Source: Narcine bancroftii (Eukaryota). From it: 64,000 nt of DNA. The stretch spans positions 15,872,001 through 15,936,000 of the forward strand of contig NC_091479.1 of assembly GCF_036971445.1 (NCBI RefSeq), read 5' to 3'. Position numbers and translations under genes: made by a program. The notes below the pieces were generated by a model. That model had not been told where the DNA came from, ran no database searches, and worked only from the letters and a program-made list of their open reading frames with translations. How positions within the stretch are numbered: the stretch's first letter is position 1; the number at the start of each line of letters is the position of its first letter. Positions 11,931 through 25,309 of the stretch are shown here, one piece after another.

Positions 11931-12538
11931 TGTCGTGGACAGTTGCTTTTAAAGCCTTGCTGGTTTTTTTTTAACTCTAAGTTAATTTTGTGCCTGTCTC
12001 TTTAAGAGAACTATTGTTTGTAGTGTTACCATAGTGACTATGATGTCATATCCGCCCAGACTAACGACTTGCTCATTACACCGACAAGATGTAAAGGAAG
12101 CGTGAGCATGTGAAATATTTCTTTGAATGTTTTATTTTTGCATCTATTTAAATACTTTTCTGTGAATCTCTTTAAAGCTTGAGCTTCTTTATATACGTTT
12201 TATATCTCACTATTCAGTAAATGCCTTGTTATTCATCATTATGAAAGTCTTCATGAAAAGCTACGCAAAATGTTTAGCAACAAATTAAAAAGCTACATAA
12301 AGTAACAACCACAGAGTTTGATTTGTTGGATTAAAGAAATTCAGAATATCGTAGCTCATGCTTTTGGAAGATGATACTTTGAAATTAGGATACATTAGAA
12401 TAAGGAAAGTGTCTTCTTATCAGCATTAATCAATCACCATGTTAGGTTTTCCCCTTCTTTTCCCAGATGTCCAACTCACAAGTTTAATGGAGCCTCACTT
12501 TTGCCCGTGGTAAACCCACCAAGGATGGAATTGTGACA
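11931..12538. mobile_element. LTR-like dispersed repeat (~600 bp)
   Basis: Ends tgtc...gaca; diverged second copy at about 10160-10610; TSD not convincing. Confidence 0.5.
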
Positions 12539-13543
12539 CAACGCACTTTCATAGGCGGTTATCCCAAGAATGAACAGAAGGTAGTACGTGAAAGTACAAT
12601 GGTGCAAAATGGCCACCACATTTGATGAAAGCACGCCACTAGAAATAATCTGCTCCCCACACTGGAGTAAAATGAATGGTCAGCATCGTCTAGTAGATGA
12701 GATCTGATCTGAAATCTCACCGGCCACACTCTGACCCCTGTATGAATATACTGCTCCACTTTTCGTTTATGACCTATAGCACGGTAACAGGACCTTCTGG
12801 CCCACGAGCCCTTGCCGGCGAATCACAACAAATCAACCTACCTACCACTCACCCCCTCCCCCCCAAATGTTTTGAAAGGTGGGAGGAACCCCACACAGGC
12901 ACAGGCAGAAGGTACAGCCCGGGTCGCTGGCTTGTGACAGCGCTGGAACAGCCTTCTGCTAACCGTTTCACTTACTGGACAGAATTTCATTATAAACTGA
13001 CAGGTGATCATTAAATAAAATACATTCAAATTTATATAGTTTGCTCATTTGTGGTTCAAATTAACTAATCTGACTTTGATTCTGACAAAACTAAATCACC
13101 CACCAAATTGAGTCAAAAATACATTTGTACGACCAACATCTACGATAGCAGAGACCTAAAACTTAGTTGGTTCAACTGAAACTAACAATTTCTCACTGAG
13201 AATCTGCACTTACATTCACTCAAACTGATTTACATAAAAAGAGTGGGCCACATTTTTTTAATCTGAAAAATAAGGTGTGAAATTTGGCATGATATGTGTC
13301 TGTGAAATTATCTCATAGATAAATATGGAAGAAAAAGCAAATATGAAACCAGAAGTCAGGGTTGCGGCTGGGGAATATCTGAAATAGAAGCCAAAACTCG
13401 TCGGAAACACTGAGTAGGTCAGGCAGCATCCGAGGAGAGGGGAAGAGGAACAGAGTTAGTTGTCCAGGGCGAAAACCATTTGTCAGTCCAAGTGACCATT
13501 CTGGTGACTAGCCATTGTTATATCAAACCATTTCAGTTTAAAG

Positions 13544-13898
13544 CAGTGGTTCTCAAACTTTTTCTTTCCACTCACATACCACTTTAAGTAATCCCTAAGC
13601 CATCGAGTAAGGGATTGTTTAAGGTGGGCGGAAAGAAAAAGTTTGAAAACCACTGTTTTAATCGTCCCTCATTGACTCGTTATGTGCAGGGTTTCAGAGC
13701 TCCAAAGGAAATGGGCCAATGACAATTTTTCTCAAGGAAAATATTTCAGAAACCATTGGATCTAGAGCAGTGATTCTCAACCTTCCCTTCCCACTCACAC
13801 CCCACCTTAAACAATCCCTTACTCATCATAGAGCACCGATGGCATAGGGGTTACTTGAAGTGGGATGTGAGTGGAAAGAAAAAGGTTGAGAACCACTG
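13544..13898. mobile_element. Composite hAT MITE, full length
   Basis: TIRs plus TSD gtttaaag/ctttaaag (7 of 8). Confidence 0.9.
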
Positions 13899-14324
13899 CT
13901 TTAAAGTGTCCATCACTTTCCACATCTCTTGACCAGCATGCCTTACACAGGAGCAGCAATAGGCTATTCAGCCTACTGAGTCTGCCCCGCCAATAACCAA
14001 TTAGATGTGTTAAAATGTTTTAGGGGATTTGAAAAAGAATTAATGTTCAAAAATCATTCAAACAAATGGAGTTAAAAAGTCTATTGAATCATGTTGCACT
14101 GCATGCATTAAATCCTCATCTCTGAAGGATTGGATTGGACACAGTGCTAACCTTGTAAAAAATAGATTACGAGATGTGCTGTTGAAAGACTTTTGAGAAG
14201 ACTCTTCTCGTCCTTTTAAAACATTTTCCACCCCACAGTCATTGTGGAATTTTTTAAATGTAATAATTTTAAATTTAAAGCATGACAGCCAATTTAGGAC
14301 TGACCAGCTCTCTTGAAGTATATT

Positions 14325-14940
14325 CTTTGGCTTGGCTTCGCGGATGAAGATTTATGGAGGGGGTAAATGTCCACGTCTGCTGCAGGCTCGTTGGTGACTG
14401 ACAAGTCCGATGCGGGACAGGCAGGCGCGGTTGCAAGGAAAAATTGGTGGGTTGGGGTTGGGTGTTGGGTTTTTCCCTCCTTTGTCTTTTGTCAGTGAGG
14501 TGGGCACTGCGGTCATCTTCAAAGGAGGTTGCTGCCCGCCGAACTGTGAGGCGCCAAGATGCACGGTTGGAGGCGATATCGGCCCACTGACGGTGGTCAA
14601 TGTGGCAGGCACCAAGAGATTTCTTTAAGCAGTCCTTGTACCTCTTCTTTGGTCCACCTCTGTCTCGGTGGCCAGTGGAGAGCTCGCCATAGAACACGAT
14701 CTTGGGAAGGCGATGGTCCTCCATTCTGGAGACGTGACCCACCCAGCGCAGTTGGGTCTTCAGCAGCATGGATTCGATGCTTGCGGACTCTGCCAGCTCG
14801 AGTACTTCGATGTTGGTGATGAAGTCATTCCAATGAATGTTGAGGATGGAGCGGAGACGGCGCTGATGGAAGCATTCTAGGAGCCGTAGGTGATGCCGGT
14901 AGAGGACCCATGATTCGGAGCCGAACAGGTGCGTGGGTAT
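14325..14940 (-). mobile_element. RTE-clade LINE, 5'-truncated (ORF C-terminus and 3' end)
   Basis: FGSESWVLYRHHLRLLECFHQRRLRSILNIHW...QLRWVGHVSRMEDHRLPKIVFYGEL...GGPKKRYKDCLK is typical of the RTE ORF downstream of the RT domain. Confidence 0.92.
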
Positions 14941-15239
14941 TAAGGCAGCGATAAATATCACACGGTAAAGTACATCTCTACAGGTCCTCCTCAACGTACT
15001 GAAAGGGAGCTTTCTACATCCACCTGAGAGTGTAGTATTACATCCAGAGGTTGGCAGTCCCAGAGTACAGCACTGGAGAACTGACCACGTTTATTAACTG
15101 TGACGGTGCTCAGTAAAGAGAGGTGAAAAGATAGTTCAGTAAAGCACCAACGGTTAGGAACCAACCTGAAGTGGAGGCTTTGCAATGGTAATTTTGTTAC
15201 AACTTATACGTGAGAATCAACGTTCTCACATCACTTATA

Positions 15240-15835
15240 CTTTGATGATCTACAGTTACCCTAACTACCGTTGCAGACCTGAAATGAGTCAGCCTACGAG
15301 AGGGAGATTGTAAACATGGCTGAACGGTGCACCACCAACAACCTTACATTCAATGTCACCAAAACTAAGGAGCTGATTGTTGACTTCAGGAAGGGGAAAG
15401 CTGGAAGTGTACGATCCAGTGATCGTTAGGGGATCAGACATGGAAAGGGTGAGCAAATTTAAGTTCTTGGAAGATCTTTCCTAGACCCAATACACCAATG
15501 GCATCGTGAAGAAAGCCTGTCAGCGCCTCTACTTCCTCAGGAGTTTGTGGAGATTTAGTGTGACCTCGGAAACCAGTGGGAACTTTCCACAGATTTGTGG
15601 TGAAAAGTGTGCTGACCAGCTGCATCAGGGTCAGGTATGGGGACACCAATACCCCTGAGCGTAAAGCCCTCCAAAGGGTAGAGGGTGCAGCCCAGGATAT
15701 CACAGGCAAAGCCCTCCCCACTATTGAGAACATCTACAGGGAATTCAATAAGAGGTAATTCTGCCGTGCCCACAGGAAAAAGGATCTCAGGGTTGTATGT
15801 GATGTCATGAATGTACTCTGGCAATAAATCTGAAA
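15240..15835 (+). mobile_element. Rex1/Babar LINE 3' fragment
   Basis: FNVTKTKELIVDFR and KKACQRLYFLRSL peptides; same 3' end as the 6890 copy. Confidence 0.85.
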
Positions 15836-16159
15836 TGCACATTCAAGGTTCAAAGTTCTTCTATTGATCAGATACTATTTATTGTCATGTAATAAAAACT
15901 GTCCATATTACATGAAATTGCCTTTCGTCTGGCAAAAGGTTGACAAAGATTCACCCTATGCACTGCCCGCCGTCCTTTATATCAGAGAAAGTGAAGCTGA
16001 GAGAAAGAGAAGATACTCACTGAGTACCCTCAGTGAGTATCCGTGAACACGTCTCCAGCGAACCTACAGCCCAGTTCAATTCAAACAGTCTGCAACCCGA
16101 GCTCAGATCCAAACCTCCAACAGTTGAGGAAGCCTTCAAAGAAGCCAGGACCAAATCTT

Positions 16160-16710
16160 TTTTTTAAACAGCAGATTTTAAAAATATTTTTTGAAGCAGA
16201 TTTTAAAAATAAATTTACCTTTTGATCCAATGTTATTTTTGTTAGGGGGTATTAAATCAACGGCTTTAAAATTGAAGTTAAATATGTATCAATTTGAGTT
16301 TTTGCGTTTATCAATAGTGGTTTCAAAAAAATGTTTAGCTATTGTGTGAAAATCTGATTCAAATTTAGGGATGAAAAGATGCCTTTTAATGAAATGAAAG
16401 CTTGTATTCCCTTAGAAAAAATTGAGAGATAAATATTTTTTTACTAAAGTTTGGAGCCCTTACTTGAAAGCGGTTGATATTAAAGTATGAGGGTCTCCAC
16501 TCCTGCAGCCAAGAAACTTTTTAGGTATAACTTTAAGATTAAATAATGATCTCCCCTTTCTTTCTTTGTAGTTAGGGCAGGGAGGAGGGAGGATAGTAGT
16601 TGGGAGGTTGGGGTTTTTTTCATATATACAAAAATGATTGATCATATGTATTTAAATGTAGTAATTATTGGTATGTTTTTATTGATTAATCTTAAGTAAA
16701 TCATTTTTTA
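16160..16710 (+). mobile_element. L1-clade LINE ORF2 C-terminus and 3' UTR
   Basis: FDPMLFLLG...KKCLAIV*KSD...MKACIPLEKI. Confidence 0.7.
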
Positions 16711-17130
16711 AAAGCTAGGATCCTTCGGGCACATCACACGAAATTTGTTTATTTTTGCGGTGCACACAAGAGCTGGGGAAACTCAGCAGGGACTCGCAGC
16801 GCCCAGAGGAAGTAAAAGGTGACCCAACGTTTCGACGCCTGAAGATAAAAGGGGAGGGGAGGAGCACAGGCTAACAGGTGGATAGGAGATGAGAGGGCCT
16901 GGCCCCGCCAGCCCAGTGCCATCCTCGCCATTGCCAGCCTGGTCAACCCGGACTAGATCAACACCGGAGAGTCGGCAGTGTCCTGCAGCTACACTGGGGC
17001 ATTCTGGAAGATCTGGTTCGGATCCCACCCACTGCCTTGCAGGTTTTGCCTCTTCAGGCAAAGGCGAGGAGAAAGCAACTCTGACTTCAAATCCCCGGGC
17101 TCGGCTGGCCCAGCCATCAGTGCCTGGATC

Positions 17131-17668
17131 TACTATGACCATTGTAATGGTCATTTTTGATTGACCCATATCTGGGTAAAAGAAGCAGGAGAATTGCTTC
17201 ATTGGATCGTGACCATTCTGATGGTCATTTCGTCTGACCCTTGCCTGGGTCTTGGACTTATTGTGGAAGTCACACTTCCTCTTTCCCCTATGCAAGGAAG
17301 AGGGAAGCTTTGAGAACCATTGGTATGTAAAGACATTTCTCTGGAAGCAACTTGTCAAGGATTCATGAGTTTTGAAGAGTCTGATCACTCAGTGTCTCGC
17401 CTACTTCGTAATTACTTCTGAGCATCAGTTTAAGAGTTGAGTTTCAACACAGGTTTTCTAAGAATGAACTTTGGGAATTGACTTACAGAATTATGCCTAA
17501 GCTGAAATGGTTGGGCAATCCACACACACAGGTAAATTTGCACAAAGTTGGGGTTAAGTTTTAGATTTAAGTAAGATGATACATTATTAGTAATTATTGA
17601 TAAAAGTATTGTTTTAAAAATAACATTGTCTTGGTGATTTCTTATTGCTGCTCATCTATGACATAACA
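17131..17668 (+). mobile_element. LTR 3' half (family of 1869-2727)
   Basis: Alignable by eye to about 2235-2727; ends acataaca. Confidence 0.7.
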
Positions 17669-17927
17669 GCTGGAGAAACTCAGCAGGTCACGCAGGAAGT
17701 AAGGGTAACCAATGTTATGGGCCTGTGACCTTTGTCAGGATGCCGACAGGTTTGCCGACAAGTCATCGAGTTTGGCCTGGTTCATGGCCCTTTATAGGGG
17801 TGAAGCACAAAAGTCTGCAGGCAGTAGATCTTTACCTCCTCTGGAGGCTGCCAGACTGGCTGAGTTCCTCGAGCACTTCTCTGTGGTTTTACTAATGCCT
17901 TTATAGGAACTGGAGCACAGGACTCAC

Positions 17928-18062
17928 CTCCCTCATTCTCTTTGCAGCTCTGCTGAATCTTCAGCCTGCACACATATCCCAGGGCACCCAGCAGACCCAG
18001 TAGACAGATAGAGAGACCGATCGTCAGCCACAAGGCAACGGCTGGGAACTTTAGATGCTGCC
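17928..18062 (-). CDS. CD276: CD276 transmembrane/juxtamembrane exon
   Basis: Translates (G)QHLKFPAVALWLTIGLSICLLGLLGALGYVCRLKIQQSCKENEG, matching B7-H3 GQPMTFPPEALWVTVGLSVCL...VCWRKIKQSCEEE. Polypyrimidine acceptor ttctctccctttccatctgtag, donor gtgagt, 135 bp, in frame with the IgC exon (G|GG = Gly). Confidence 0.93.
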
Positions 18063-18194
18063 CTACAGATGGAAAGGGAGAGAAAACAATCATATTTATT
18101 TATCCATCTTTCTATATTTATGATCGGTTTTTCTGCCTTGGCATATTGTGATAAGAACGTGCAGGGAAATGGATCAGAGGTCAGTCTATAGGAC

Positions 18195-18620
18195 CATAAG
18201 AGTGGCAGAGAGGATCACTGGGGTCTCCCTCCCCACCACCGTCGTGATCTACCGGATCGTTGTCTGAAGAGGGCGCGCAGAATCATTGGGGACCCCTTCC
18301 ACCCTGCTCACAGCATCTCTCAGCTGCTCCTGTCGGGAAGGAGATGCAGGAGTATTAGAGCCTGCACCACCAGGCTGAGGAACAGCTTCATCCCACGGGC
18401 AGCGAGAATGCTGAACGACCAAGGAACTACTCACACTGACCCTCCGAGACTCTCATAATCACAAAACAATATTCACTTGTGTATATGCATAGATGAAATG
18501 TTTGTCCTGTGGATGTTTGTGCGTTATGTCTGGCTGTGTGTCTGCGTGTTTTGCACTGAGGACCAGAGAACACTGTTTTGTCAGGTTGTACTTGTCCAGT
18601 CAGATGACATTAAACTTGAC
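18195..18620 (+). mobile_element. Rex/Babar-like LINE 3' end
   Basis: D..HPAHSISQLLLSGRR.RSIRA.T.RLRNSF peptide and attaaacttgactt tail. Confidence 0.75.
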
Positions 18621-21600
18621 TTAATGTACACTATTAGTTTGTATATCTTATGTACCTCCATGGCAGCAAGTAGGAATTTCAGAGCATCTACCCATTGTAT
18701 TTAAGTGTAGGACAATAAACTTGCAATACTCGTGACTCAACAGTCAGAAGCTGTGAAACAGACGCTCTGATTCTGATTTTTTAAAAATCCAATTGCTCGA
18801 GGAACTCAGCAGGTCTCGCAGCATCTATAGGAGGTGAAAAGAGGTACACCACTGACACGAAATGTCGGTTATATATCTTTACCTCCCCCAAGGTCGTTGC
18901 AAGAACTGATGAGATCCTCCAGCATTTCTGTGCTTTTAAGTCAAACCCCTGTGCTGAGAACGGACACCAGTGTTCAATAATAGAGCCTTGCTGCCGATAT
19001 CTTCATTCTTTGTTGCAATAAAACTCCAATGAACTACCACCCGATTGTTTGAAAGTAAGAATGATTCGGCGATACCTTCCAAACCGTCCAGGGCACCGAG
19101 CGACCCCAGCGGATCAGGGTCAAGATTTATTGTCTTGGTGGAAAAATTACGGGGGTTGGAATTTAGCGAATAAATTTCGACAAGACCCCGACACACTTTC
19201 ACAGAGTGACTGTAGTGTAAATCGACTGCGTGAGAAACTGGCCCTAATGAACACGACGCCCGCCCTCCGACAAACTCCGCCACTCAGGAAGGCAGCGCTA
19301 AAGTGCTGTGCGAACAATCGCTCCGCCAAATCTACGGCAATGTTCTGCTTCTCAGCAGCCGCGGTGTCCGCAGATTTCTCGCCTATCTGCCATTCTTCAA
19401 GGCGGTGTCTTAAGAAAGTAACCTCTATCCTCAAGGACCCCTCCCCCACCACCATGCCCTCTTCACTCAGCTACCACTGGGGGGTGTGGGGATGGGGGAG
19501 AAGGTCCAGGAGCCTGATTTCGGAATGAACAACGAACCAAAGCCACTGACTTTTTCCCTGCGCTTTTATTTACTTTGTAAGGTTTGCTCTGTGACACTGG
19601 CTACAAAGCAACGGATTTCACGGTGTGGTCGTGATAATAAATTCTAATTCCTTCATTTTTTTCCCCACCTAAATAAATATTTCTTAATGTTAATTACTCT
19701 GCTTTAAACTGAGCGACCAGACCTAAAGACTCAAAATTTGATTTAGTATTCGCACGGCGCCTCGTAAATAAGACCAGATTGTGTGTGGGTGTCTGCCGAT
19801 CTGGATTAATTAAGTCGGGGTTCTCCCCAAGCACATCAGGCATGTTGTTATTACTTCCAACTGCTCAATCACTCACTTAAAATCTCAGTGTCAAAGCCTT
19901 TAAAAATAATTGTTCCCCTTGTGGGCCACTTCTAAAGCTGAAATGATCCCTGTGCTGAAAATTTGGAGGTTTTAAAGGCTTTATCAAACCCCGACTGAGC
20001 GATGCAAAAAAGATCTTGCCGAACAAGATCCCCTTTACAAACAATTTGATCTTCAATTTAGTCATTGCACGTTAAAAGGAACTTGTTTACAAGCAGCAGT
20101 GGGGATTTTAATTGGTGTTCAAAAGGCTCAACACTTTGCATTAGAGGTGTGAATCTTTGGTTGTAAAGTTCGACAAAACAGAAACAGCCAACTTGTCCAT
20201 GCTGTTAAACAAGAAAGTCTGCAGACACAGTGCTTCCGAGCTACCTTTTTATATAGTGCTCCACACCACATCTCATTCACTTCCAACATCTTTTACCCCG
20301 TAATCACTCCCAGGTTCCAAGAACTGCAGCTTGAAAGGGGCTATTGAATCTATCTTTACAACTCCCACTAGCTCCAACAACCAGACCCTTTCCTTCCCCT
20401 TTCCCGTGACACCGGGGAAGCGAACTGCTCTGCTCTTCTCAAACTTTCTGGGAGGCGAGTTCAGGGGACCAGTTTAATGTCTCTCTCTCTCTCTCTGACA
20501 AGTGCGGTAGTATGCAAAATCCGTGCTGCCTTTAATTAGTGTGGTGCAATTACAGCACCAGCGACCCGGGTTCGATTCCCGTGCTGTCTGTAAGGAGTTT
20601 GTACGTTCTCCCTGTGACCTGCGCAGGTTTTCCCCAGGTGCTGCGGTTTACTCCCAAAAGCGAACGGAGTGGGTAAGTTAATTGAGTGCAATTGGGCAGG
20701 ATGGGTCTGATTGGCTGGGACGGGCTTCTACCGCGATGTGAGCATATATTAAGCAGCAAGACAACAGGCTTGACATTTTCAAACCTGCAGGGCTATGGAG
20801 CAAGAACTTGGGCGTGGAATTGCTCTTTCATTACAATGGCACGGTATCTGTCTCGACGCTGTCTGTGTGGAGTTTGCATGTCTTTCTTGTGACCATGTAG
20901 CTTTCCTTCTGGTGCTCCAATTTCCTTGCACAGGTGTAGTTGGCGGGTTCTTTTGCGGCTGTAAAAGTAACTCTAGTGGGTAGGTGAGGCGAGTGGCAGA
21001 AGCTGGGTGGAACTCGATGGGACTGAGTGGAGCATAAAATGAAATTAGTGCAGAAGTGATGGAAATGGACCTGTTGTATGACTCTATTAACACAACAGAC
21101 CCAAATGGCCTCAATATCTACCAGAAATTTATAAAATGTAATAATTTGCCTCAAATTTCAAAGATATTTTTTATAATAAATTTTAACTTTAGACATACAG
21201 CAGGGCATTCAGCCCACAAGCCCATGCTTGCCCAATTGACCTACAACTCAGTTTGTTTTGAAGGGCAGGAGGAACCCCACGCAGACAAGGGGAGAAACTC
21301 CTTGCAGACAGCACAAATGCTGCACTAACAGTGTCGCCCTAAAGACCATTTGGGCCAGAATGACACGGGAAAGTCTGGGGTCGAGCGCAACACACAAGCG
21401 CGATGGAGAAAGCTCAGCAGGTCACACGGAGTCCAGAGGAATTAGGCAAGTCTGCAGATGCTGAAGGGCCATTCAGATCATTTGGACCAATCAACCCACT
21501 GATTCCTTCTTGCGCACATTGCCCGCCAGCGGCCCCCGATTCTGTCTGCCGACAGAAGAGGCAGCGCAACGGTCAATTTAATCACCAACTTATTCATCAG

Positions 21601-21654
21601 TGAAACACAACAGTGAGGGAGGAAGGTTGAAGGAAGACATCAGGCGTAAAAATA

Positions 21655-21850
21655 AATTGAAGCATATAGCACGGTAACAGGCCATTTCAGCCCTCGAGTC
21701 TGTACCACCCAATTTACACCCCATTAACCTACACCCCTGGTACGTTTCAAACAGTGGGAGGAAACCGGAATTCCCCCCAGGGAAAATGGATGGAACATAC
21801 AAATTCCTCACAAACAGCGTGGGATTCGAACCCCAGTCCCGATCACTAGG
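21655..21850 (-). mobile_element. V-SINE (HE1-like)
   Basis: Tail, core and B-box ggttcgaatccc on the minus strand. Confidence 0.85.
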
Positions 21851-22344
21851 CCAACCACACCACTGGTTTACACAGTTTGCTCAGTCAACACAGAGAGTTG
21901 TGGGTTCCTGGAATGCATTACCCGGGGTGGTGGTGGAGGTTGGAATAATAGGGGCATTTAAGAGATGGTATGCACAAGGGTAAAAGATAAATAGTGGGTT
22001 ATGAGGGAGGGAAAGGGTTTGTTTTTTTTTGGTAGGTCTATACAAGTCAGCACATTGTGGGTCAAAGGACATACTGTGCTGTAATGTTCTATGTTAAATC
22101 GGAGGGCACCCAGGGTTGACCCATACCATCACAAGGAGAACATGCAAACTCCACACACAGGACCAGGGTCTCTGAAGTGGTGAGGGGCTTCCACTGTAAG
22201 CTGGTTCCACTGACCAGTTTCATGCTTAAACGTGAAGTTAGTTAATGCCAGCAACTTTGTCGAGACGACTTGAAGTGGCATATTTCAGGACTCTACCAGT
22301 TGCAATCAGAAAACGAGAACAAAGAGAGTTCAATTTTTAATTGA

Positions 22345-22545
22345 GTCGCAGGCCATTTCGGCCCACAATTTTCACCCCATTAACCGACAACACCCCTCCC
22401 CCACCCCAGTATGTTTTGAACGGTGGGAGGCAACCGGAGCCCCCGGGGGAAACCACGTACAAACAGCGCAGGATTCGAACCCCGGTCCCGATTGCTGGCG
22501 CCGTAACAGCATTGCGCTAACCGCTAGGCCAACCGCGTTGCCCCT
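22345..22545 (-). mobile_element. V-SINE (HE1-like) with well-preserved tRNA head
   Basis: Minus strand reads ggttggcctagcggttagcgcaatgctgttacggcgcc...ggggttcgaatcc. Confidence 0.85.
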
Positions 22546-23039
22546 ATTATTATATTACTACTGAGTATTTAATTACATTTCCTGAATGAATTTGTTATGC
22601 ACAGAAATTGTTTTTTTTCCCCCCCTCCCGATAAATCGGGATCAATTTGCCCTGGCTGTGTCGAGTAGCTCACACTACACTCCTTGGCACTTGTTATTTA
22701 TTGTTCCTCAGAGAGCGATTACCTGATTAATGTCAATTTGGAGCCAGAATTTATTGTGTTTCAGGTTCTCATGGGTTGTAATTGGGCAGTGATGCCCTAA
22801 AATTTATTGAAGTGTTTCAATGTGTAGCAACAAGCCAAAACAAGAACCATTGCTGAAGATTATCTAGTCAGTACTAGAAATGAATAAAGCATCTAAAGCT
22901 TTTTTTTTCAGCTCTTCCCCACCCCCCCCCCCCCCGCCCCCGTCCAAGATTCTGCTCAAAGTTTAGGGATACCCTTCCCTGTGAAGCAGAGAAGTTTTGG
23001 TCTCTCCTTCTGACTACGTAAAAAATAAAAATAAAAAAG

Positions 23040-23635
23040 GGTGGCACGGTTAGCGCGACGCTGCTAGAGCGCCCGTGACCTGGGTTCGAATCTGGCACTG
23101 TTGGCAGGGTTTCTTCCCACCCTCCAAAAACATTTCCGGGGGGTGGGGTGGGGATGGGATTGTCAGTTAATTGGTGCCTTTGGGCGGCACAGGCTTGTGG
23201 GCCGGAGGGCCTGTTCCCGTGCTGTCTGTTTAAATTTAACTTTAAAACAAGGCTTTGACTTAAATGTCCTTTGGGGCCCACATTTAAGCGCATTGAGAAA
23301 GGTTGATTTGAAGCATGGACAATCGGGTACGGCTGAAAAGAGATTTTTAATCTCAGTTTCCCTCCTTTAGTCATCAGTTGAGGCACTAACCTGAGTAGAA
23401 TTTTTTTTAATTTAAAATTTAGACATACAGCACGGTAACGGGCCATTTCAGCCCATGAGCCCGTGCCACCCAATTTACACCCATTAACCTACACTGGTAT
23501 GTTTTGAACAGTGGGAGGAAAACCCACGCAGACACAGAGAGAACGTACAAACTCCTTACAGACAGCGCGGGATTTGAACCTCGGTCCCGATAGGTGGCGC
23601 TGTAAAGGCATGGCGCCCACCATGTCAGCCTTGCC
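23040..23635. mobile_element. Tail-to-tail pair of V-SINEs (+ 23040-23240, - 23405-23635)
   Basis: Two copies in opposite orientation about 165 bp apart. Further copies not listed separately lie near 12770, 20530, 21180, 27430, 29300, 33895, 44640, 50070, 50850, 56748, 59860, 60415 and 61750. Confidence 0.85.
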
Positions 23636-24227
23636 CAACTAAACTATTCCTGGATGAGTTCAGATAAGGCAGTTTGGATGGCATGGACACACTGGGCTGA
23701 AGATCAGATATCTAGAGGATCGAGAAGGTATTTGTAATGGCATGAGGGTCAGAAATTAGATACACCAATGGAGAGGAAAAAAAAATCCCCAGAGGTTCAA
23801 AGGAGGATAATATAAGTTGTTGTGACCCGGTAGAAGGTACGAGGGGAGCAGGTTTGACTGCATCTTTCAGAAGGGAATTGGATAAATACGTGAGGAGAAG
23901 CTCAATGCGGTGGGGAAAGAGGTGTTGAGTGAGGGAGGCAAGAGTGGGCCATCGACTAAAAGCACAGAAATGTTGGAGGAACTCAGCAGGTAACGCGGTC
24001 TCTACAGGAGGTAAAGGTATTTAAACTGACTTTCGGGACTGAGCCCGTCTTTAAAGTAGGAGGAGAACTTCCTCAGGGTGGCCATTGTTCAAAGAAATTT
24101 GGCAGTGGGGCAACTGAATGGAGTGATGAAACAAAAGTCTGCAGAAGCTGGGATTGTAGTTAAAAAAAAAACAGAAATGCTGGAGGATTCCAGTCGATCT
24201 TGCAGCGTCCATAGGAGTTAAAGATAT

Positions 24228-24892
24228 TGTTATAAGCCCAGAGGACCCCTAAACCCAACAGAAATAGATATTCACCAAAACTTAAACAAAAGTTGCTTTT
24301 AATTATCTTTAAATATGAAAACAGAATCACACTTTAACTTAATGTAACTAACCTAACTGAACCCCCTTCTAATTCGAAGCGCACGTGTGCGTAATGTGGG
24401 TATAAATTCAGAAGAGTTCTTTGGTTCACCATCCAATCTCACTTCTCATTCCTCCAATCAGGCAATTCTTATACTGTGCACAGAATTTAACATTTATAAA
24501 GTTCACCAGGCTTTGGTGCTTGAAAGATAAATGGTTACTGCTCAGGAAGGTTCTTGTCAGGTTTCAGAGGGAGATTTGTTGTTCCAGGACACCCACAACT
24601 GATTCCTTTTTAATCAGCCACTTCAGTGTCTTGCAGATGAAACTTGCCCCATCAGGGTTCTCCAGATGATAACCTCTTTCTTTCAGGTCACCACAGAGTT
24701 CCTTTTTGTTTCTCTAATTTCAAGTGAAATATTAGACAGCCAGTCCTCTCCTCTTGCATGGACCACAAGGTCTTTGACCAGGCTGGACTAAGCACTCACA
24801 ACCTGTCTTCCAAATGAGATTTTCCACAAGCATGCCAGTTTGTCCTATTCCAGTCCCAGCTGTTGTTGCTGACAGTATTACTGCAGGACTGA

Positions 24893-24931
<39 letters not shown>

Positions 24932-25140
24932 GAGAGAAAGCTTTTTTGTAAACACCAATCCATTAATGAAGTCTCTTGGGCACTCTCCAAAGCTTTTGCA
25001 AAGGTTCTGCGGTCGATATGTCTAGTATTAGCAGAGCTCCAGTATTTTAAATGAGGTCTGTTTTAAAGTGTTTGTTTGTGACCTACAGTAACAAACCTTT
25101 CCTAATTTATCTCTCAAAAACTTATTTATATTCTGTCACA
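24228..25140. mobile_element. Solo LTR (~910 bp) inserted in a Penelope pseudo-LTR
   Basis: TGT...ACA ends, flanks atat/atag; the host repeat resumes on both sides; second copy at 8991. Confidence 0.8.
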
Positions 25141-25309
25141 ATAGATAACGACGTTTTGGGCCTGAGTCCTTCAAGGCATGAGTAAAAAGCAGGCAGTTCC
25201 CTGAATGTCCCTTTTCTTGAATCCAATCTTTTTGACCAAGGGTTTAGTCTCCCGGCCTAACCCCAGCTCTGGTTGATAATGCCCTCGGAAAGCACCTGTG
25301 AACCCGTGA

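Noticed and set aside
14275-14994. 239-aa ORF as a host gene
   Set aside because: It is the truncated RTE LINE ORF, with a start codon borrowed from flanking DNA.
22345-22545. tRNA gene
   Set aside because: The A/B boxes belong to a SINE head continuous with the V-domain and LINE-derived tail; no complete cloverleaf.
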